From NCBI GenBank assembly GCA_964016885.1, contig OZ024741.1, forward strand, positions 320,230,001-320,294,000: a stretch of DNA of 64,000 bases. Reading direction: 5' to 3'. The notes below the pieces were generated by a model. It saw nothing but the letters and a program-made list of their open reading frames with translations, was not told the origin of the DNA and did not search any database. Of this stretch, positions 53,919 through 64,000 are shown piece by piece. A program made the position numbers and the translations under genes. The number at the start of each line of letters is the position of its first letter. Position 1 is the first letter of the stretch. Origin of the DNA: Eledone cirrhosa (taxonomy: Eukaryota).

Positions 53919-54393
53919 AAGAGAGAGATAATTAAGCACCTGCCATCTCTATTTCCCCCTGGCAATCTGCCCATTGCAATCTTTACCAGAAGGAAAAGGA
54001 CAGCGTTAACAAGAACATTACTAAAAGCAATAACATTTAAATAAAATACATTACCAGTAACAGCAGCCAAACTGACAATGAAAACGTCAGCAAAAAAGGT
54101 AAAACAAAGTAATAAACTAAAAATATAATGATAATAAAAAGAGAAAACATTAAAGGGAAAAAGAGAAGACGAGGCCATTATGGAATATATTTCAATGCTT
54201 CATTCCCTTTGCATTGTACCTATTGTCTTGTAATGAAATCTAGCGTTTTGAGATATCCCTGACTGAAACGAACAGGGCAGAAAGGAGTGAAATGAACAAA
54301 GCAAATCGATGAGATGATAATATAGAAAGATTCAGGTACAGCGTAGAAGAGTATTGGGAGAGAAATGGAGGGAAATGAGGAACATATGAATTC

Positions 54394-54455
<62 letters not shown>

Positions 54456-54487
54456 TACTTATAAATAGGTATCAATATATGTATGTA

Positions 54488-54532
<45 letters not shown>

Positions 54533-54571
54533 TACTTATAAATAGGTATCAATATATGTATGTATGGGTGT

Positions 54572-54726
<155 letters not shown>

Positions 54727-54730
54727 TATG

Positions 54731-54761
<31 letters not shown>

Positions 54762-54806
54762 ACATATATATTTATAAATATGTATATATATATGTATATA
54801 TATATA

Positions 54807-54845
<39 letters not shown>

Positions 54846-54951
54846 GTATATGGGTGTGTGTATGCGTATGTCTACATGTAAAAATGAATATATATACTTA
54901 TAAACACACATATATATGAATGCGAGAATATATATCTATTTCTATATATAA

Positions 54952-55346
<395 letters not shown>

Positions 55347-55374
55347 TGTGCCAACCCACAATACACTGATACAG

Positions 55375-55414
<40 letters not shown>

Positions 55415-55460
55415 GTGTATATATATATATACATATACTGTGCCAACCCACAATACACTG

Positions 55461-55493
<33 letters not shown>

Positions 55494-55862
55494 AGTGTGT
55501 GTGTGTGTGTGTGTATTTGTGTGTGTATGTGTGTGTGTATGTGTACGTATTTATGTATGTGTGTATGTATTTGTATATATATATATACATTAACACACAC
55601 ACATGCGCGCTCATTTGTTTCCAGAACAGAAACAAGTATGCAATATGCAGTAAAAAAAGAGATGCTGTCAAATACTTGTGCGAATAATGTCATGTCAAAC
55701 CAATCAAGCGTGAAACAAAGTGTTGATTGCCAAATCTCTACACCTCTTTTTCTTCCACTTCCTACACTTACAACTCTACCAGCACCCCCAGCACCTCCAC
55801 CAACTCCTAGAAACAATGCCAACACTACTTCAACATCCACTACCGTTATAACCAGTATCTTT

Positions 55863-56053
55863 AATAATTGTTTCTACTATTGGTACAAAGCCAGCAATTA
55901 TCCAGTACATTACTGGTACTTTATTTTATCGACCCCATAAGGATGAAAGGCAAAGTTAACCTCGGCGGGATTTGAACTCAGAATGGCAAGGGCCGTAACT
56001 CTATGCGTCAAAGCATGTCGTCTGACGCTCTACCGATACTGCCAATCTACCGC
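55863..56053 (-). mobile_element. Family-1 SINE
   Basis: Full core. Confidence 0.85.
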
Positions 56054-56329
56054 ATCTTTAATAATATCTCCGTACATTTTCGTGTCTTAAGTAAAGTCTT
56101 AACTTCAACCCCTTATGTATATCTGTATCAGTGTATTGCGGGTTGACACAGTCGGTAGAGCGTCGAATAAAATGCCACTGTGGTGTTTGTCCTGGTTATT
56201 TATATTCTACGTTCAAAACTTCGCCTTTTATTATGCCGGGATCGTTAACATTCAAGTACTATTGTTCATATAATGAACTTCATTTCTCCTTCATCTTTGG
56301 TGACCTCGTGCCTAACTTAGAAGTCCATT

Positions 56330-57130
56330 GTGGTGGTAGTGGTAGTGGTATCAGTGGTGGTGGCGGTGGTAGTGGTATTGGTATCAGTGGTGGTGGTGGT
56401 GGTAGTGGTATTGGTATCGGTGGCGGTGTCAGTGGTATTGGTATCGGTGGCGGTGTCAGTGGTATTGGTATCAGTGGTGGTGGTGGTGGTGGTGGTGGTG
56501 GTATTGGTATCGGTGGCGGTGTCAGTGGTATTGGTATCGGTGGCGGTGTCAGTGGTATTGGTATCAGTGGTGGTGGTGGTGGTAGTGGTATCAGTGGTGG
56601 TGGTAGTGGTATTGGTATCAGTGGTGGTGGTGGTGGTGGTAGTGGTATTGGTATCAGTGGTGGTGGTGGTGGTAGTGGTGGTAGTGGTATTGGTACAAGT
56701 GGTGGTGGTGGTGGTAGTGGTATTGGTATCAGTGGTGGTGGTGGTGGTAGTGGTATTGGTATTGGTATCCTTGTTTGTGGTGGTGGTGGTGGTGGTAGTG
56801 GTATTGGTATCGCTGGTGGTGGTAGTGGTATTGGTATCCTTGGTGGTGGTTGTGGTGGTATTGTTATCGATGGTGGCGGTGGTGGTATTGGTATCGCTGG
56901 TAGTGGTAGTGGTATTGGTATTGCTGGTGGTGGTAAAGGGTATTAGTATCGGTGGTGGTGGTGGTGGTATTGGTATTGCTGGTGGTGGTAAAGGGTATTA
57001 GTATCGGTGGTGGTGGTGGTGGTATTGGTATTGCTGGTGGTGGTAAAGGGTATTAGTATCGGTGGTGGTGGTGGTGGTATTGGTATTGCTGGTGGTGGTA
57101 AAGGGTATTAGTATCGGTGGTAGTGGTGGT
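56330..57130. repeat. (GGT)-rich compound minisatellite, ending in about four near-identical longer units containing taaagggtattag
   Basis: Repeated ggtattggtatc(a/g)gtggtgg units. Confidence 0.92.
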
Positions 57131-57227
57131 GATATGATAGAAGAACCAGTATGGTGAAGTTGGCAGTAGTCGCTGTAAGTAACGCCGGTGATCGTTGCTA
57201 CTGGTGAGATGAGTAAATTTCGTATAT

Positions 57228-57800
57228 AATTGTTTCTACTTTAGGCACAAGGCCAGCAATAACCCAGTGTATTACTGGTACTTTATTTTATCGACCCCGT
57301 AAGGATGAAAGGCAAAGTCAACCTCGGCGGGATTTGAATGTTGGGTTTGTTGCTGTTGTTTATATCTACGGCAAATATGCCCAATAGACCCTTCCAAATT
57401 TCAAGAGGAGGAAAGTTGAAGAAATCTTGTGAAGGGAATTCGGGCGTAAGACCATTGAGATCAGATAATAATTTGAGTTATTGAAGGTTAATGATGTGTG
57501 AGAATAATCATGAACACATAAGGTGGATTGGAAAATAGGCGTCTGATTCAAGGATAATGGTGAGAAGTTTCAATTTGAATACGAAATGATAGACAGAATA
57601 GAAGAGGGACAGTAGGTAGTTGCTATTTATCTAATAAACCTAATAATTGTTACACCATTTGGCACAAGGCCAGCAATACTGGTACTTTATTTTATTGACC
57701 GCGAAAGTATGAAAGGGAAAGGTAACCTCGGCGGGATTTGAAATGAGACCATAAAGGGGCCGTAACTCTTTGCTGCAAAGCATGGTGTCCGGCGCTCGAG
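57228..57800 (-). mobile_element. Two family-1 SINE copies (57228-57340; 57643-57800)
   Basis: Core sequence. Confidence 0.75.
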
Positions 57801-57879
57801 TTCAAATTCTTCTATAACATATTTACGTGTGTATATACATGAATATATTTACCTATATATCTGTGTAATTTATTTTTCG

Positions 57880-57912
<33 letters not shown>

Positions 57913-58015
57913 GTGTGTGTGTGTGTGTGTGTGTGTGCGTGTGTGTGTATGTATAGGATTTTTCCTCTTTCCAATTTATTTGGTATACATAAAACACACA
58001 CGCACACACGCACTC

Positions 58016-58069
<54 letters not shown>

Positions 58070-58321
58070 ATATATATATTATATATATATATATATACAG
58101 TCGGGACTAAAGAAAAAATATGTATATTGTATTTATTATTCCTTTTTATAATATTTTACATAACTCTGATATTGTGTCAATTTAATTATTCCGATTATCT
58201 TGTCTCTCATAATCATAGAGTTAAGGTCGACAACATACAATCTCACATACTTGTGAAAAATATATGTTTATATATACATGTATATGTATGTATACACATA
58301 TATTTGTATACCTCTCATTAT

Positions 58322-58369
<48 letters not shown>

Positions 58370-58937
58370 GCACATAGACATATATCTGGTGCGAAAGTTA
58401 ATATCATTTCTTTACGATAATATAACTGAACAAAAATGAAAAAGAAAAAAGAAAATTAGTGGAAATTCGATTTGAAATAAGGCTTTATTTACAGGTTCTA
58501 GAAATACAATCGTTTTGGTTATTGCCAATATTTCAGCGCAATGACCTTTTACAAGATGTTTGAGATCGAATGGTAATATGTTGAAAAATTTAATACTAAC
58601 AGATCCGTTCGATCTCTGAACCGAGCTGCTTAGCCAACGGAGAGATGATGCGACGTATGAATTCCTTATTTCGATACTAATAACTCTATATTTGATAAAC
58701 CTGTGATTAAATACTTACAACTTGATTTTTCACGTTCAGAACATTTTATATTGAAAGGAAAATATGCAGAAAATTTGACTTCTAAAGGACGCAATCTGAT
58801 TCCTGACACCTTTGAGTAAATTCTTATTTCATCTTGCATTTTCATTGATAAGAGAGCTACGAAATATACAAAACGGCTCTATATCTATAACTTATAACTA
58901 TAGTTTTCTTAACGATTTTTCTAAATTCATTCTCCAC

Positions 58938-58981
<44 letters not shown>

Positions 58982-59111
58982 GTGAGGTTTTTTTTACAAA
59001 ATGAAAAATAACCGAGGTGTTCTACACGAGTGAAAGTATAAAGAAAAAAGATGAAATCGAAAATGCAACTGGAGTCTTATTTTAAAAAATATATATATAT
59101 TTATTTGATTC

Positions 59112-59147
59112 CTTTACAGGTTTCGCAGTTCTTCTGCTTTTCAAAAG
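59112..59147 (-). ncRNA. Minimal type I hammerhead-like motif (TTGAAAA core)
   Basis: ctt-TTGAAAA-gcag aagaa ctgc-GAAA-C CT G-TA-aag...AATAAA on the minus strand. Confidence 0.5.
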
Positions 59148-59311
59148 TAGAGTTGTGGTTTTTCTTATTAGAGTAATAACATTATGCTTAGACAGCTTTG
59201 CAAATATATATGTATATCAACACCATAAACACAAAGCTGGCATATCTAAGAACTGACTATCTGCCTGATTAGGTCATAGCCACTCAATGGCTATCATCCA
59301 AATATATAGCT

Positions 59312-60065
59312 TACCACTGAGATGAAAGAATGGTATTTAACTAATGTATTGGTACGCGATGGGACCCACCCACAGCCCCGGCGGACAGAATGGAGAAGGG
59401 GTTTCCTCGGAGGACGGCAAGGGAGACGCGCTGGAAAAGCCACTCCAACTCGCGGGGCACACACCTCCGGCTGGCCAGCTCAGCGCCTATGGTGGTGAGT
59501 AAGGAGGTAGCCCTGGGGCCGAGGACACCAGAAGTTTCCACTGCCAGGGGAACGACCGCAAACCTGTCGGAGAGCGACCGGTATTTGAGGAGTTTGGCCC
59601 CCTCAGCCCGACGCGCAGCAGAACCTGGGTCAGTCGCAGACTGAAGCTGGTTGCTGCTGCAGAAGTGTCGGTGCAAGTGGCATCCCAGACGAGGGGTTTG
59701 CCACCGCGGAACGGGAAGATGGTCATGCCATCTGGCCTTTTGCCGTCCCCTCGATCCAGCCCCACCGGCTCGAGCTGGGAAGGGAAGCCTGCAGCGTCCA
59801 AGCCATACTTAATGACCTCGTTGAGGGCAGTATGGCGTGGAATGCGGCCGGCACTGTAGCGACAGGAAAACGGGTGGAGGCCGAGCCTCAGGGAAACGCC
59901 GATTTGCAGGCTATGGTTGTCTAGCTGCGTGCCAGTGGAGAAGGAGGTCAGAGCATAGAGCCAGGCACCACTGTGGGGTTTGGAGGCCGCACGAAAACAA
60001 GCAAGGTGGTGCTGGTCGAGCTGGCGCGTGAGCCTGCACTGGATATCGGTACCGGCATCCAGGAC
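59312..60065 (-). mobile_element. CRE-like non-LTR retrotransposon, C-terminal RLE portion and 3' end
   Basis: [48 protein letters not shown]; most of the zinc finger is deleted. Confidence 0.85.
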
Positions 60066-61074
60066 TCCAGGCACCTCATTGTCAAGCTTGACATGAGGAA
60101 TGCCTTTAACTCTTTACGCCGGGATCATCTGCTCGAGGCTTGCCTCAGCCGAGCCCCATCTCCCTACCCGCTGGCCTACCTGTCATATGGAGCCCCGAGC
60201 ATGCTCCTAACTGCTGATACGGCCATACACTCGGCTACTGGGGTCCAACAGGGCGACCCTTTGGGACCCCTCCTGTTCGCCCTTGGTATTGACCACATCG
60301 CCCGGAGTATCACGGCCCCTCTCAACGTTTGGTATCTGGATGATGCTACGTTGGGCGGGCTCGTACGGACGGTCTGCCAAGACCTTCAATCGGTGATTCC
60401 TGTCCTGGCGGTAATCGGCCTCCCGGTCAACTCGGCCAAGTCGGAGGTGGTGAACGTCAGCCTCGATGCCGCGAGCTTTGCAGCCTCCGTCTTGGACGTG
60501 CGGTCCGTTCTCCGCCAGGTTCAGGTGACCCCCAAAGAGGATGTCCTCATCCTCGGGTCACCGATCCACCCGCTGGCCATCCGCTCCACCATCAGGTTCA
60601 GGCTTCAACAGCTCCAGACTCTCACGAGCCGACTGGGCTTGATTGACGGCCACCCAGCTCTCTTTCTGCTGAGGAACTGCTTCGCCATGCTGAAGCTCTA
60701 TACACTCCGCAGCGCTCCATGCTACAGCCAGACATCTCTCCTCGCTGACCTCGATACTTGTATCCGAGCAGCAGCCGAGGGGATATAGAACGTCAAGTTT
60801 GACGACATAGGGTGGTAACAGGCCACTTTACCGCTCAGGTATCGCGGCCTAGGCCTCCGGTCTCTGATCTCACTAGCTTTGCTGGCGTATCTTTCGTCGG
60901 TAACCTCGTGCCGCGTCCTCGTCAGCAGGGTTCTTCAAAACACAACAGAACCCTCTGTGTTCAGAGAACGTGAGGTCGCCTGTGTGACGTGGGACCGGCT
61001 GCGACTTAGCCCAGTAGACGTCCCTCCTCCTTCTCCCCCTCGCGTACCAATACCATTCTTTCATCTCAGTGGTA
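60066..61074 (+). mobile_element. CRE-like retrotransposon, RT portion in the opposite orientation
   Basis: [41 protein letters not shown]. Confidence 0.88.
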
Positions 61075-61134
61075 TCGAAATATATATAGCAGTAAATAAA
61101 GGATTATGAGTTCATGTAATTGACTTATGTTTCG

Positions 61135-61239
<105 letters not shown>

Positions 61240-61416
61240 GTAAAAGTTCTATTTAAATTGTTGGGATACAACAAGCAAATATTTTTATAACTAATATAAA
61301 GGACTCAGCAAATATTTGGAGTAAAAATACGATATTAACCAATGGAAACTATATTTATAAAACCATATTTATTTCATTATACATATTTCAAGGACACCAA
61401 GTTAAATTATGGTGTG

Positions 61417-62665
<1,249 letters not shown>

Positions 62666-62847
62666 GGTACTTTCGATTTCATCTTTTTTTCTTTATACTT
62701 TCACTCGTGTAGGACACCTCGCTTATTTTTCATTTTGTAAAAAAAACCTCACTTTCTAAAATATATTTATATATATATTCTTATATATATTTATATATGT
62801 ATATATATATGTATATATATATATATATATATATACATATGTAAATA

Positions 62848-63635
<788 letters not shown>

Positions 63636-64000
63636 ATCGTTTTCAGGACTCCACGAACCAAAGTATCGTCTTCCTATCTTCCTCCGGCTGCAACGTTCAT
63701 CGAAATATTTACTTCTGCGTTCACAGATTGATTTTTTTTAGTTTCGGAAGATCCCGTTAAGGGTGAAAGCAGCGATTCTTTGCTTAACTTTAATCTGTTA
63801 TTTTAATAAATATATATATATATATATATGATATAACAAGTTATCGATTTAGGTAATCCAGTTAGAGGTTGTGAGTACTATGTACTATGGATAGTTCTAA
63901 CGTACGGCTGTGTTTGACTCAACAAGAGGTTTGCTTAGTTAGGTAGCGACTTTGCGAGAATTCCCATGCAGATCATTCTTGGAGTAAAAGTAGTGAAAGA

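Noticed and set aside
56131-57001. Gly-rich 271-aa and Val-rich 223-aa ORFs resembling a structural protein
   Set aside because: Both come from a GGT minisatellite that continues with in-frame stops; no signal peptide or gene context is visible
63740-63790. Apparent hammerhead CGGAAGA...GAAAGCAG...TTGCTT
   Set aside because: Related copies (17836-17945 plus; 21676-21768 minus) read AAGGAA(G/A)A at the core position and lack stem I; probably a chance junction

Overview
This is non-genic, AT-rich animal DNA saturated with (TA)n, (CA)n, (GA)n and (GATA)n microsatellites. The SINE sequences and microsatellite density suggest an octopus or other coleoid cephalopod (inference). No host protein-coding gene is supported, and nearly all short ORFs are microsatellite artefacts. 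Mobile elements: a decayed Helitron, RTE-like, R4/Dong-like and Tx1 fragments, and many tRNA-derived SINEs. Three structures stand out. (1) An 18-kb head-to-tail array of seven Tx1-clade non-LTR retrotransposons from several subfamilies (34.1-52.1 kb), joined at (GATA)n/(TATC)n tracts, which suggests a tetranucleotide-microsatellite-targeting lineage. (2) About a dozen type I hammerhead ribozyme (HHR) motifs from at least six unrelated non-coding repeat families. Most lie next to (TA)n tracts, as direct partial-tandem or head-to-head inverted pairs, like Penelope pseudo-LTRs or retrozymes. They include a 2-kb retrozyme-like element with two HHRs 1494 nt apart, and recurrent non-canonical cores (U3-A8 and C4). 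(3) A CRE-like RLE retrotransposon whose RT and endonuclease halves lie on opposite strands, with the element's 3' end at both termini. All folds and alignments were done by eye.
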